Assembly: GCA_005222975.1 (NCBI GenBank)
Contig: NJBI01000002.1
Span: forward strand, 32,001 to 96,000
DNA from: Promethearchaeota archaeon Loki_b31
GTDB lineage: Archaea > Asgardarchaeota > Lokiarchaeia > Sigyniarchaeales > SOKP01
DNA: 64,000 bases
Direction of reading: 5' to 3'
Shown: piece after piece, positions 40,403 to 51,514 of the stretch
Numbering within the stretch: the first letter of the stretch is position 1
Layout of the letters: every line of letters begins with the position of its first letter
Notes under the pieces: generated by a model
The model's input: only the letters and a program-made list of their open reading frames with translations
The model's database searches: none
What the model was told of the DNA's origin: nothing
Program-made: the position numbers and the translations under genes

Positions 40403-41398
40403 GTGTATTGGAGCGTAAATTTCATGCCTGAAAGTAGCGTTATTTTAAACGATCTTAACAAGGTTTTTATACCTTGTCGAACGGTATTAGAGATGGAAGC
40501 ATTAACATCTTTGTTTTTAGAATATTATAACTACGATCTGATCAAAGAGGTTCCCAAAAGTCAACCATCCAGCCAAAAAATTATAGGAATTTTTCGAATT
40601 TTAGAATGCCAACCTCTTGAGAGGATTATTGAATATTTTATCGAGGTAGTTGTGCATAAACTCAAACCAATCGTGATGTATGCAAGGGACCATCAAGATC
40701 GATTTAGAATGGGAAATGTAGTGGCTTACACTAAAACGCGCGTGTGTCTCTATCTAGCGCTGCATAGATTAAAGTTAAAATTTTTGATCATCAATCATTT
40801 TATGAAGGAATTTAAAGAGAATAAATTTAAATTGAATTTACCGGAAGAACAAGAGAGTTTAGGCGCTCACGCGTTTATGGCTTCTTTCTATAAGAACTAC
40901 ACTCATAAGAATAAAATGAATCTGAGATTAATGCTTTCAACGAAAAGAGTTTCAGAGAGAGTTAGTAAATTAATAGATCTTAAGGACATTGTAACTAACG
41001 AGGATATTATTTACGCAATAACTTTTAAAAAGTTTTTAGATGACAAGAATCGAATTAAATTTATTATGAGAGAAATTAAGGCTTCACTATTCGTATGCAA
41101 AGTCATGTTCGCACAAATGGATGTTCTTAACCCTTTTACCGTTGGTAAAGAAACTATGATCGATGCTGAAGAAATTATGTTAAGCCAAGATTTTATACCA
41201 GTACTAATACCCGCGATTTCAAATTGTTATTTAGGGAATAATCCGGCTCAACTTGAAGATTTATTTCGAGCTTATGAATTTATGATGAAAAGAGTATTGG
41301 AAGGACTTAATTATGGCATAGAAATAGCTTCAGGAGGCCAAATAATTCTCGATTTAGATGATACAATATACAATTCAGGAAATATCTTCGATATTTAA
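40403..41398 (+). CDS. Hypothetical protein
   Basis: 331-aa ORF (ATG at 40424 likely); no motif recognised. Confidence 0.75.
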   Translation: MYWSVNFMPESSVILNDLNKVFIPCRTVLEMEALTSLFLEYYNYDLIKEVPKSQPSSQKIIGIFRILECQPLERIIEYFIEVVVHKLKPIVMYARDHQDRFRMGNVVAYTKTRVCLYLALHRLKLKFLIINHFMKEFKENKFKLNLPEEQESLGAHAFMASFYKNYTHKNKMNLRLMLSTKRVSERVSKLIDLKDIVTNEDIIYAITFKKFLDDKNRIKFIMREIKASLFVCKVMFAQMDVLNPFTVGKETMIDAEEIMLSQDFIPVLIPAISNCYLGNNPAQLEDLFRAYEFMMKRVLEGLNYGIEIASGGQIILDLDDTIYNSGNIFDI

Positions 41399-41468
41399 GT
41401 AATATGCTGAAACTTACGCGATAGAAGAAGATAATAAAAAGTAAAAAATTGAATTTAATTCATATAAA

Positions 41469-42581
41469 TTATTGTCGCTCTTTTAAAGCCTTTGCATATC
41501 TCTCGTATTTCCTTTTGCCAAAACCTATTACTTTAGCTAACATTTCTGACTTTTTGACGGATGTGTTAAATTCGTTTGGCTCTTTAATATAACCTTCTTT
41601 TAAAGCATTATTGTAAATTTCTTCGCCAATTTTAGTTCTTATCACCGTCGTAGTGAATCCATCTTGCGACCCTAAACCCCCAAATGATATGTCTGCATAA
41701 ACATTGGAAAAATCTCTGCAAGCGTAGCAAGCTGCTCTAGTAATACCTCCCAATTCATTAAAACCTATGTGGATGGATTTCTGATTTTGAAGATTTAATA
41801 TAAGGTCTTCTTTGATATTCATTTTTTCAACTTCGCTAAACGAGAAGTTAAATTTTTCTTCCAATTCTTTTCGTCCTTCAGTACTGAAAGAAAAATTTAA
41901 ATTGCAAAATAGCCCTAAAGTATATTTTATTATGTGTGCTGGCAAAATACTCAATTCTTGCATTTTCCTAATAGACATAATTTGGCAAGGGGTACCAACG
42001 ACTGCAATGCTCATCATATCCGAGCTAACGACTTTTTTTAATTTAGCTATTGTAGGAATGAAAGTATTATAGTTTTCTAAACCAACAACGCCTTGAGATA
42101 AATCAAAATGAGATCCTGCGGCTTCAATTAATTCTTCTTTAGTTGTCGCAAAGAAGGGTACTCGGTTAAACGGTCCTTCCTTTTTAGAAACTATTGCCCC
42201 ATTTATTAAATTACGATCTAATAAATAACTGAGAATGGCAGTGACCGCACCTCCATCAGTCGCGTTCTTTAAAATTTCTTCCGAATTAGCTTTATTCGAA
42301 GTAATTTTCAACCAATTACCTATGGATACTTTATAATCGTATCTTTCATTTAACTCCTTATCTAACACATGAGTTTGGGGGCAAATTAAATAACAGATAC
42401 CACATTTTAAACAATTATCTTTATTATAATATCTTGGAGGGCCAGATTCAGACATCTCGATTGCTTTTATCTCGTGTGCTGAGCAAAAACTCACACATCC
42501 TCCACATTCTCCACAAATTCCAAGTTCGTGAACATCTTTTATTAAATCATCAAAAGATTTTGGTAAAACTTCGTCAACCAT
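41469..42581 (-). CDS. FrhB/FdhB-family F420-interacting subunit with 2x[4Fe-4S]
   Basis: CGECGGCVSFC, CLKCGICYLICP, DGGAVT, VGTPCQ, GLFC and CYAC-x-DF-x4-ADISFG. Confidence 0.9.
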   Translation of the reverse strand: MVDEVLPKSFDDLIKDVHELGICGECGGCVSFCSAHEIKAIEMSESGPPRYYNKDNCLKCGICYLICPQTHVLDKELNERYDYKVSIGNWLKITSNKANSEEILKNATDGGAVTAILSYLLDRNLINGAIVSKKEGPFNRVPFFATTKEELIEAAGSHFDLSQGVVGLENYNTFIPTIAKLKKVVSSDMMSIAVVGTPCQIMSIRKMQELSILPAHIIKYTLGLFCNLNFSFSTEGRKELEEKFNFSFSEVEKMNIKEDLILNLQNQKSIHIGFNELGGITRAACYACRDFSNVYADISFGGLGSQDGFTTTVIRTKIGEEIYNNALKEGYIKEPNEFNTSVKKSEMLAKVIGFGKRKYERYAKALKERQ

Positions 42582-42629
42582 TTTTTAACCTACCTTTTTT
42601 TTATTTTTATTTGAAATTTATTTAATTTT

Positions 42630-43475
42630 TTAATATTCGGTTGGCAATTTTTTAAGCTCTGCCAAAGAAAAAACGGGACCATCGATACAGACATATTTAT
42701 TGCCAATATTGCATCTCCCACATTTTCCAACTCCACACTTCATCCTCATTTCTAATGAATTTAGTATCTGTTCGTCATTAAATTTTAATTCTTCTAGAAC
42801 TGCTATCGTCGTCTTAATCATGATTGGGGGGCCACACACTACAGCTATAGCGTTATCCGAAGAAGGGGCTACTTCCTTTACAATAGGGGCTACGAAACCT
42901 ACTTTTTCTTTCCACCCTTCCTCTTCGCGATCAATCGTTAAAACCACTTCAATATCGTCGTGTTTTTTCCATTCTTCTAAAACATTGCGGTATAAAACTT
43001 CACCGGAGTCGCGATTTCCATAAATCACCGTGATCTTCTTGTAATCTTTTCTGTGCTTCTCGTTTAGCAAATAAATAACGAGGGACCTTAAAGTTGAAAA
43101 CGCGAACCCCCCACCAATAACCACAATATCCTTACCCTTCATTTCTTCAATAGGCCATCCGTTTCCAAAAGGACCTCTTACGCCTACAACATCTCCAATA
43201 TTGCAGTTGTGAAATTCCGATGTTACGGTTCCCATCTTTTTTATAGTAAATTTAATCGAGCCTTCTTCAGTAGGAGATGAAGCAACTCCTATAGGTGCTT
43301 CACCCTTTCCTATTAAACTTATTTCAGCGAATTGTCCAGGAATATAATTGAATTTATTATAATCTTCTTCTTTTTTAAATTCTAATTCAAGAGTTTTAAT
43401 GTCATTAACTTTGTTTTCAGAAACAATATTTTTTATAGTGGTTAACGTTGGGATATAAAGATTAGGCACTTGCAT
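42630..43475 (-). CDS. flxA: FlxA/AsrB-like FAD/NAD(P)-binding [2Fe-2S] subunit
   Basis: PGQF, RGPFGNGW, CGPPIM and MKCGVGKCGRC-x7-CIDGPVF. Confidence 0.85.
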   Translation of the reverse strand: MQVPNLYIPTLTTIKNIVSENKVNDIKTLELEFKKEEDYNKFNYIPGQFAEISLIGKGEAPIGVASSPTEEGSIKFTIKKMGTVTSEFHNCNIGDVVGVRGPFGNGWPIEEMKGKDIVVIGGGFAFSTLRSLVIYLLNEKHRKDYKKITVIYGNRDSGEVLYRNVLEEWKKHDDIEVVLTIDREEEGWKEKVGFVAPIVKEVAPSSDNAIAVVCGPPIMIKTTIAVLEELKFNDEQILNSLEMRMKCGVGKCGRCNIGNKYVCIDGPVFSLAELKKLPTEY

Positions 43476-44523
43476 TCTCCTCCTCTTTTGGTTTTATATT
43501 ATTTATTTTATTAATTATTGTTCTGAGATCGTTATTAACTGGGCATACTTGGATACATCGTCCACATCCCACACATCCAATTATATCGTAATTCAAGGGG
43601 TAATAACTAAATTTGTGTAATATACGATTTCGGCATCGCTCAATATTACTATTGCGGGGATTGTGACCGCTCGTATGAAGGGTATAAAGGCAGAATTGGC
43701 AAGTATCCCAGATTCTTATTCGTCTGCCACGATTCTCGTATTGAGCATTCTCATCGATAACATCAAAACAAGTGCATGTAGGGCATAAAAATGAACACGA
43801 TCCACACCCTAAACAATTTTCGCTAACCTCTTCCCAAATTGCGTTGCCAAAATTACTTTCTAAAATCTCACTCGTGTTAGTTAGATCTAATTTTGTGGTT
43901 ATTAAATCTTCTGCCTTCTTTGCTAATTCTTGTGCTTTTTTTATGTCTGCTTTAGAAGCTTTTAGAAGCCATGACAATTGTTGAATTAAGTTATTACCTT
44001 TATCACTTATACCTTCTACTAAATATTTATCGCCTAAATCTACTAAAAAGATATCCATATCATCTTTTTGGAAGGGATGTCCTTCTATCGACGTACAAAA
44101 ACATGTGCTTCTTGGAGAATTACAACCAATTCCTATTATTAAGCTATTTTCTCTTTTTTTTAAGAATATCTCATCTTGGAAATCCCCAAAAGCAAAGAAT
44201 TTTTCTAATAGATCAAAACTATGAGCATCGCACGGTCTTATACCGAAAAGAATATTTTTTTCGTCTAAATCTTTTCTATCTTCAATTTCTATAACATTTT
44301 TACCATCTGTTTTAAATTCAAAAAGAACTTCCATCTGTGGAAACAAAATTTCTTTTGGCGGAATTTTAGAATTGAAATAATTTAATTCAATTTCTTCTGG
44401 GTTTGAAATTTTTCTATAAGCAATATAACCTTTTTCTTTGACGGGAGCAAAGAAATTATATTCTCCTGATAACTCATTATATAACTTTGCGACCTGATCT
44501 TTCATTAAAATCATTACTTCCAT
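43462..44523 (-). CDS. flxB: FlxB/AsrA-like 4Fe-4S dicluster subunit
   Basis: GIRPCD, CFC, CLGCGSCSFLCPTCTCF and CVGCGRCIQVCP. Confidence 0.85.
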   Translation of the reverse strand: MEVMILMKDQVAKLYNELSGEYNFFAPVKEKGYIAYRKISNPEEIELNYFNSKIPPKEILFPQMEVLFEFKTDGKNVIEIEDRKDLDEKNILFGIRPCDAHSFDLLEKFFAFGDFQDEIFLKKRENSLIIGIGCNSPRSTCFCTSIEGHPFQKDDMDIFLVDLGDKYLVEGISDKGNNLIQQLSWLLKASKADIKKAQELAKKAEDLITTKLDLTNTSEILESNFGNAIWEEVSENCLGCGSCSFLCPTCTCFDVIDENAQYENRGRRIRIWDTCQFCLYTLHTSGHNPRNSNIERCRNRILHKFSYYPLNYDIIGCVGCGRCIQVCPVNNDLRTIINKINNIKPKEEENASA

Positions 44524-44539
44524 TTTCTTACCACCTATA

Positions 44540-45553
44540 TTAATCCTCTTCCATCATAAATTCTTCTTTATCATTTATATTAAACGACATCATTGGAGGT
44601 ACCGTTTCTTTATCAATACCTGAAGTAAAGTTATATCTTTCTTTTACAATTTTCTCTAATTTTCTTGTTATTAAATTCAAATCAATACCCATGGGGCAAA
44701 CGCTACTACAAGCGCCACAAGCAACACATCTACCCGCTAAGTGCATAGCTCGATTAAAATGAAAAGCAAAAATATCTGTAAAATCAGTTGTTTTTCCAAA
44801 CCAAATGGGTTTATTTTGGTCCACGAAACACAGATTGCAATAACACATCGGACACACTTCTCTACACGCATAGCATCTCGTACATGCGCTTAAAGTATCT
44901 TTAATATACGCCCATTTTTCTTCAGAAGTTTTGGATTCAAAATCAGAAATATCGTTAAAATCATCTTCAATAACGGGATTTTCTAAGCATTCTCCTACAC
45001 ATGAACCATCCACGTTAGGAGGGGATTTGACTTTACAAACTTTACATAATTCATTCATATATTCGTCGAAAGGAAATGTTTCTTCAAAATCTCTTCCCTT
45101 TACGATAATATTATTACCCAAAATAGAGATTTCTAATATTTCTCTTTCTCCAATTTCCTTCTCAATTCTTTTTCTATTTATTATTCCATTACAGGAAATT
45201 CCTATCATTTTAATATTTTCAAAATTAATTTGATTCTCGACGGCTAAGTGAATTAATGCTCTTCCAACGCAACCTTTTGCGACAATACCAACTTTCAATT
45301 TTTGACCCTCTTCGTCGTACAGTGTAGGAATTCTAGGAGCTAAATAATTAGCTAAATTTACATAACATAAATTATTCCACAACAATTTATCCACATCTTC
45401 TTCATTCGTAATGAAAACTGGAGAAGAGCTTAAGGGGACCGTTCCCTTTGTATAACCGATAATTACATCAACTTCCTTTTCTCTAAGCAACTTCCTTGCT
45501 AATTCTTTAATCTTATTTTCAATGTCTTGGTTTTCTGATTCAATATCCCCCAC
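44540..45553 (-). CDS. flxC: FlxC-like 4Fe-4S subunit
   Basis: CTRCYACREVCPMCYC-x2-C and HLAGRCVACGACSSVCP. GTG at 45553 follows SD GGTGAT (track start 45577). Confidence 0.8.
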   Translation of the reverse strand: MGDIESENQDIENKIKELARKLLREKEVDVIIGYTKGTVPLSSSPVFITNEEDVDKLLWNNLCYVNLANYLAPRIPTLYDEEGQKLKVGIVAKGCVGRALIHLAVENQINFENIKMIGISCNGIINRKRIEKEIGEREILEISILGNNIIVKGRDFEETFPFDEYMNELCKVCKVKSPPNVDGSCVGECLENPVIEDDFNDISDFESKTSEEKWAYIKDTLSACTRCYACREVCPMCYCNLCFVDQNKPIWFGKTTDFTDIFAFHFNRAMHLAGRCVACGACSSVCPMGIDLNLITRKLEKIVKERYNFTSGIDKETVPPMMSFNINDKEEFMMEED

Positions 45554-45560
45554 TTTTTTA

Positions 45561-46022
45561 TCACCATTTTTTCTCAAATTTTTTATTTGGTCCCAGTTTT
45601 TTAACCAATTTGGTGGTTTTTCTTATCAAAACAGCAAAACGTTCACCTTCAGCAGCAGAAGCCCACATAAAATTAACTCTATCTGGTTCAATTCCGAAGA
45701 ATTCTAATAGATCCTTTAAAATTCCAAACCTTCTTCTAGCTACTAAATTTCCTGTTATATAATGGCAATCTCCGGGATGGCATCCAGAAACCAGAACTCC
45801 ATCCCATCCATCTAATAATGCTTTTACTATAAAATAAGGATTTATTCTACCTGAACATGGAACTCTAACTACTCTAATATTTGGAGGGTATTGAATTCTA
45901 CTCACTCCTGCTAGATCTGCTCCAGCATAGGAACACCAATTGCATAAAAATGCTAATATCTTAGGTTCCCATTCATCATTACTATTTTTTATTTGTTCTG
46001 TTTCACTCGTAATTTCGTTCAT
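45561..46022 (-). CDS. mvhD: MvhD/FlxD [2Fe-2S] subunit
   Basis: CNWCSYAGAD, CSGR and GCHPGDCHY. Confidence 0.93.
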   Translation of the reverse strand: MNEITSETEQIKNSNDEWEPKILAFLCNWCSYAGADLAGVSRIQYPPNIRVVRVPCSGRINPYFIVKALLDGWDGVLVSGCHPGDCHYITGNLVARRRFGILKDLLEFFGIEPDRVNFMWASAAEGERFAVLIRKTTKLVKKLGPNKKFEKKW

Positions 46023-46026
46023 TTTA

Positions 46027-49000
46027 TTAATTCCTCCCAGTTATCATTGCAAATATTTGTTCACCTGTGAAACCGCGAATGTCAATGGCAGCACACCTGC
46101 AGTTACCTGCACACGCCCCACATCCTTTACAGAGTATCTGGTTTATATATGCAACTCTACCGAAATGCCTATCATCGATTAATTCAATAGCATTATAGGC
46201 GCAATTCTCAATACACATCCCACACCCAGTACAACGAGCCATGTCAATCTCTCCGATTTTACCTTCAACCTCGATCTCATCTTTAGAGAGAATTGTACAA
46301 GCCCTTGCAACAGCTGCGTTAGCTTGAGCAATAGAATCCTCAATTGTCTTTGGACAATGTGCTAATCCTGCCACAAATACGCCTTCTGTAGCGAAATCTA
46401 CTGGACGTAATTTAACATGGGCTTCTAAAAAGAAATTATCGTTGTTTAAAGGAACTTTTAGCATTTTTGCTAACTCCTCGTTATCCTCGCGTTTTGCTAT
46501 AATACCCGCACTCAAAACTAAAAGGTCGGATTCAATTGTAATTTCTCCCATCTTCTGAGTCTTTAATTTAACTTTTAATACTGAACCTTCTGAAATTATT
46601 TCTGGAGGATCATTTTCTTCGTATTTAATGAATATTACTCCATTTTCTCGCGCTTTTCGATAATACTTTTCTTTAAACCCATATGTTCTTATATCTCTAA
46701 ATAAAACTACAACTTCAACATTTGGATTTTTCTGTTTTGCCAAAAGAGCGTTCTTTATCGCTTCAGCACAACACATTTTACTGCAATAGGGATGGTCGTC
46801 GTTTCTAGAACCAACACACTGGATCATAACTACTGATTTTTTATCGTTAATATCATTAGAGGTGTTTAATAATTTTTCAAATTCCGATTGTAGAATTACT
46901 TTGTTATTCTGACCGTATGAATACTCTGTAGGTTGATATTCACTGGCTCCTGTAGCTACAATCACCACTCCATGCTCAAACTCTGTTTTCTCTTTATTTG
47001 AACCGTGGATAACTGTAGTCTTAAAATTTCCAATATAACCATCAATAATTTCAATTTCTGCTTGAGTAAAAACACGGATTAATTTGTTTGAATTGATTTT
47101 TTCAATTAAATCTGATATAAATTCTTGAACATTGCCACCTTCAAGCGTGGTATATATATGTCGAGCAAATCCCCCCAATTCTTTTTGTTTTTCAACCAAA
47201 AACGTCTCATATCCTTGCGTTGCAAAATTAAGTGCAGCAACCATTCCGCTAATTCCCCCTCCTACAATTAAAGTTTTTTGCGTTACTGGTAATTTTATCC
47301 GTTCGATAGCCTCAATATTTCTTGCTTTATTTACAGCCATCCTCACGAGGTCCTTCGCCTTTTCGGTTGCTTTTTCCCACTCGTTCATGTGAACCCAAGA
47401 ACATTGATCTCTGATATTTGCCATTTGAAATAAATATCTATTTAAACCCGCTTCTCTAATTGTTTCTTGAAACAACGGTTCGTGAGTTCTTGGCGTACAA
47501 GAAGCAACAACGACGCGGTTAAGGTGATATTCCTTTATTACATCTTTTATTATCGTTTGAGTATCTGCGGAACATGTATATAAATTATTATCTGCTAAAA
47601 CTACATTTGGAAGATTACTTGCATATTTGGTAACTTCTGGTACATCTAAAAAGCCCCCTATGTTAATTCCACAGTAACAGATAAACACACCAATTCTGGG
47701 CGGTTGACCTCTTACAAATATCTCCGGAGGAAGCGTTTTTTCTGTTATTAATGTACCTTTCTTTTCGTGTAAAAGTTGATTAACGCAACCAGCAGCAGCA
47801 CTAGCTTGCGTAACTGTATCTGGAATGTCTTTAGGAGAAGAAAAAGCTCCACATGCAAATATTCCAGGTTTTGATGTTTGTACGGGGTTAAAAATATCTG
47901 TTATAGCAAAATCATATTCATTTAATTCTACGCCGAACTTCTCCGCAAGAAATTTAGCGTCGTTAGGAGGATTTAAACCAACGGCAAGGACTACCATGTG
48001 ATAATCCTCTTCTACTATTGTACCATCTTCCGTTTCATATTTAATTCTTAAGTCTTTCGTTTCTGGTACTTCGGTTATTGAAGATACACGGCTTCTAATA
48101 TAGCGAACTCCATATTGTTCTTGTGCCCGAATAATATATTTATCAAAATCTTTACCATATGCCCTTACATCCATGCTAAAAATCGTTGGCTGTATTTGAT
48201 GCATGTGTTCATGGGCAATTACTGCTTCTTTCGCAGTATACATACAACATACTGACGAACAATAGGGCTTTCCTTTACCTGTATAATCACGAGAGCCTAT
48301 ACATTGGAGGAATGCTACTTTTTCTGGGACATCTCCGTCCGAGGGTCGTAATACTCTCCCCGCGTAAGGACCACTAGCACTCAAAATTCTTTCAAACTCT
48401 ATACTCGTAACTACGTTCTTATACTTTCCATACCCATAAAGGTTACCTTCTGATGGAATGTATTCGTCAAACCCAGGAGCCAATATTATTGCACCAACAT
48501 TAATTTCGGCTTCCTCGTCTTTTCTATCGTATTCTATGGCTTTTGCTTTGCAGACTCCTTGACATATTCCGCAACCAATACAATAATTTTTATCAATAGC
48601 AAATACGAGAGGTACTGCTTGAGGATATTTAACTGATGTTGCTGCATATTTCGCTAAACCTTCATTAAAGACATCAATCGCTTCAACAGGACACTCACGA
48701 CCACATACTCCACAACCAGTGCACTTTTCAGGGTTTATATATAACGATTTTTTTAGTACTTTTATTGTAAAATTTCCAGCTTCTCCTATAACATCTTGAA
48801 TTTCACAATTAATACTCAAATCTATGTTCTGGTGTCGCCCAGTTTCAACTAACTTAGGACTTACAATACACATCGCACAATCGTTCGTAGGAAATGTTTT
48901 ATCCAACTGTGCCATTACGCCACCAATGCTCGTCGTGGATTCAATCAAATAAACTTTGTATCCCGAATCTGCTAAGTCTAATGCCGCTTGCGAACCTCCA

Positions 49001-49041
49001 ATTCCCGCACCTACAACCATTACTGCCCCAATCTTTTCCAT
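46027..49041 (-). CDS. hdrA: Long heterodisulfide reductase subunit A (two FAD modules)
   Basis: GGVMAQLDKTFPTNDC, QCIGSR, YCSSVCC, CTPRTHE, FLEAHVKLRP and ferredoxin motifs; 1004 aa. Confidence 0.93.
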   Translation of the reverse strand: MEKIGAVMVVGAGIGGSQAALDLADSGYKVYLIESTTSIGGVMAQLDKTFPTNDCAMCIVSPKLVETGRHQNIDLSINCEIQDVIGEAGNFTIKVLKKSLYINPEKCTGCGVCGRECPVEAIDVFNEGLAKYAATSVKYPQAVPLVFAIDKNYCIGCGICQGVCKAKAIEYDRKDEEAEINVGAIILAPGFDEYIPSEGNLYGYGKYKNVVTSIEFERILSASGPYAGRVLRPSDGDVPEKVAFLQCIGSRDYTGKGKPYCSSVCCMYTAKEAVIAHEHMHQIQPTIFSMDVRAYGKDFDKYIIRAQEQYGVRYIRSRVSSITEVPETKDLRIKYETEDGTIVEEDYHMVVLAVGLNPPNDAKFLAEKFGVELNEYDFAITDIFNPVQTSKPGIFACGAFSSPKDIPDTVTQASAAAGCVNQLLHEKKGTLITEKTLPPEIFVRGQPPRIGVFICYCGINIGGFLDVPEVTKYASNLPNVVLADNNLYTCSADTQTIIKDVIKEYHLNRVVVASCTPRTHEPLFQETIREAGLNRYLFQMANIRDQCSWVHMNEWEKATEKAKDLVRMAVNKARNIEAIERIKLPVTQKTLIVGGGISGMVAALNFATQGYETFLVEKQKELGGFARHIYTTLEGGNVQEFISDLIEKINSNKLIRVFTQAEIEIIDGYIGNFKTTVIHGSNKEKTEFEHGVVIVATGASEYQPTEYSYGQNNKVILQSEFEKLLNTSNDINDKKSVVMIQCVGSRNDDHPYCSKMCCAEAIKNALLAKQKNPNVEVVVLFRDIRTYGFKEKYYRKARENGVIFIKYEENDPPEIISEGSVLKVKLKTQKMGEITIESDLLVLSAGIIAKREDNEELAKMLKVPLNNDNFFLEAHVKLRPVDFATEGVFVAGLAHCPKTIEDSIAQANAAVARACTILSKDEIEVEGKIGEIDMARCTGCGMCIENCAYNAIELIDDRHFGRVAYINQILCKGCGACAGNCRCAAIDIRGFTGEQIFAMITGRN

Positions 49042-49045
49042 AATC

Positions 49046-49816
49046 TTATCTCCCCCATAACCTCATAAATATTGGTGTATTTCCTTTAATCTCTTGAAAG
49101 TCAACTTGACCGCGAGTTTTTAAAGTTAGTACATGCTCTAAAATTATACTCGGATCAATCTTTAACTCAACCGCTAAATCTTTTACAGAATTCGAATCTT
49201 TTTCTAAAGCAAGTAAAACTCGGTGCCGCTCAAATTCATCTGTTATCGCTTTATCCATTAAAATGTTAAAGCTCTGCTCAATGATTTGTTCCCCATAGAC
49301 ATTTTCACTTTCAAGTAGGGTTTTCTCTCTTCCTACTAATGCTCGCATCCTATTACTACCCGCGGCCAATTTTATTGCTTTAAGTTTATCGAGTATATCT
49401 TCGTCGGGATTCTCCCCACTTAGGGGTGAAGGACCTAATTCTTTAATGTGCTTAATGAATTCGGTTACAACTTCACCAAATCTAGTACCTTCCGAAGCAG
49501 AAACCCAATCTAATCTCACTCTTTTATCAAAGTTAATAAATTTAAGAAATTGTTGGGTCATATCAAATTTGGTTATTGCTTCGTAATTTCCTTCAAGATA
49601 ATGGCAATCTCCGGGATGACATCCCATTACAAATACTCCATCGATTCCTAATTCAAAAGCGTGAAAAATAAATTTAGGGTCAACTCGACCGCTACACATG
49701 ACTCTAATTACTCGCATATTCGTAGGGTATTGAATTCTGCTAACACCTGCTAAATCGGCACCAGCATAGGAGCACCAATTACATAAAAAACCTAAAATTT
49801 TTGGTTCAAAACTCAT
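49046..49816 (-). CDS. mvhD: MvhD-type [2Fe-2S] subunit with C-terminal winged-helix extension
   Basis: MvhD motifs plus about 120 extra aa ending SVKDLAVELKIDPSIILEHVLTLKTRGQV. Confidence 0.88.
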   Translation of the reverse strand: MSFEPKILGFLCNWCSYAGADLAGVSRIQYPTNMRVIRVMCSGRVDPKFIFHAFELGIDGVFVMGCHPGDCHYLEGNYEAITKFDMTQQFLKFINFDKRVRLDWVSASEGTRFGEVVTEFIKHIKELGPSPLSGENPDEDILDKLKAIKLAAGSNRMRALVGREKTLLESENVYGEQIIEQSFNILMDKAITDEFERHRVLLALEKDSNSVKDLAVELKIDPSIILEHVLTLKTRGQVDFQEIKGNTPIFMRLWGR

Positions 49817-49821
49817 CTTTA

Positions 49822-51510
49822 TTAACCTCCAAAAGCTTCAATTTCAGAAAAAATTTGATCATCTGTAAAATGTCTTATCACAATTGCTTGACTCGTACAT
49901 GTTGCACCACACACTCCGCATCCTTTACATAATGCTTCTATAATTTCAATCTCATCCTTTTCATTTTTGATAATTGCATTAAAAGGACAGACTTTGATAC
50001 ATATTTCGCAACCAGTACACAGACTTTTATTATATTCGGGTAAACTTGATGTTGCTCCTTCTACTTCGAGCGATTCATGAGACAAAACTCTGCTTGCCCT
50101 TGCCGCAGCAGCATATCCTTGAGTAATAGCTTCTGTTATATCTACGGGCCATTTAGCTGAACCACCAATATAGATTCCATCTGTGGCAAAGTCGTTAGGA
50201 CGTAGTTTTACGTGTGCCTCCAAAAAGAATTTGTTAGTTTCTAAAGGGACCTTTAACATTTGAGCAAGTTCTTTGTTATCGTTATTCGCAACTAACGGCG
50301 TTGATAACACAAGTAAATCATATGGAAGGATCAGTTCTTCCCCCATATATTCGTTAAATACTTTTACATGGTCTTCTTCTACAGTTGGTACTTTATCAAG
50401 ACTATATTTAATAAAGAGCACGCCTTGTTCCCGTGCATCTCTATAGTATTTCTCGTAATCTGTTCCAGGAGTATATAAATCTCTAAATAAGATCGTAATA
50501 TTTGCTTCAGGATTTTTTTCTTTAATAATTAAAGCATTTTTTAAAGCCGTCATGCAACAAACGCTTGAACAGTATGGGCGTTCGTCAATTCGAGAACCTA
50601 CGCACTGTATCATTACAAAATTATTTGCTTTTACATCGTTATTTATAAATTTATGCTCTAATTCAAATTGCGTGATTCTTGTTTTACCGTCGTACCCATA
50701 TAAATTGTTAGGCGTAAAAAGTGAAGAACCTACAGCAACTATTATAGCACCTACGGACAATTCAATATTTTTTCCATTTTGTTCTACTTCTACCTCGAAA
50801 TTACCTACAAATCCATCAATATTTTTAACTATGGTTGATGTTAAAACTTGCAAATTTTGAGCATTTTGAATGTTATTTTTAATTTTATCTAAAAAATCTG
50901 AAGCGTCTAATTGATGAGGAAAGAGTTTATGTAGCGAATTTAACCTTCCTCCTAATTTATCTTCCTTCTCAATTAAGTAGGTTTGAAATCCTTGTCTGCT
51001 TAAATTCAGAGCCGCACTCATACCAGCGACACCTCCACCAATTACTAAAGCGGACGGGTTAACACTTACCATGATTATATCGAGTGCTTCAAGCTTTACA
51101 GCTTTAGCAGTTCCCATCCTAATTAAATCTTGAGCTTTCTTATAAGCTTCCTCGGGCTGCTTTTGATGTACCCAAGTACATTGATCACGAATATTAACAA
51201 AGTTAAAGAGATATTTGTTTAAACCCGCTTCGGAAACACAATCTCGGAATAAGGGTTCGTGAGTTCTTGGCGTACAAGATGCTACAACAACGCGATTTAA
51301 ATTGCGTTCTTCGATTGCCGCCTTAATACTCGCTAAACCGTTTTCTGAACAAGTATATAGGTTATCCTCTGCATAGGTAACATTTGGAAGACTTTTTGCT
51401 TCTTCAGCTAAAGTCTTACAGTCTATCAAACCACCTATATTTGAACCACAATGACATACAAATACTCCCACCCTTACATCTTCAATATCTTTCTTTTCTT
51501 CTTCTGACAT
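49822..51510 (-). CDS. hdrA: HdrA-like subunit (C-terminal half of a split long HdrA)
   Basis: VGVFVCHCG, CTPRTHE, QCVGSR and FLEAHVKLRP; collinear with residues ~445-1004 of the 1004-aa paralog. Confidence 0.9.
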   Translation of the reverse strand: MSEEEKKDIEDVRVGVFVCHCGSNIGGLIDCKTLAEEAKSLPNVTYAEDNLYTCSENGLASIKAAIEERNLNRVVVASCTPRTHEPLFRDCVSEAGLNKYLFNFVNIRDQCTWVHQKQPEEAYKKAQDLIRMGTAKAVKLEALDIIMVSVNPSALVIGGGVAGMSAALNLSRQGFQTYLIEKEDKLGGRLNSLHKLFPHQLDASDFLDKIKNNIQNAQNLQVLTSTIVKNIDGFVGNFEVEVEQNGKNIELSVGAIIVAVGSSLFTPNNLYGYDGKTRITQFELEHKFINNDVKANNFVMIQCVGSRIDERPYCSSVCCMTALKNALIIKEKNPEANITILFRDLYTPGTDYEKYYRDAREQGVLFIKYSLDKVPTVEEDHVKVFNEYMGEELILPYDLLVLSTPLVANNDNKELAQMLKVPLETNKFFLEAHVKLRPNDFATDGIYIGGSAKWPVDITEAITQGYAAAARASRVLSHESLEVEGATSSLPEYNKSLCTGCEICIKVCPFNAIIKNEKDEIEIIEALCKGCGVCGATCTSQAIVIRHFTDDQIFSEIEAFGG

Positions 51511-51514
51511 TTTT

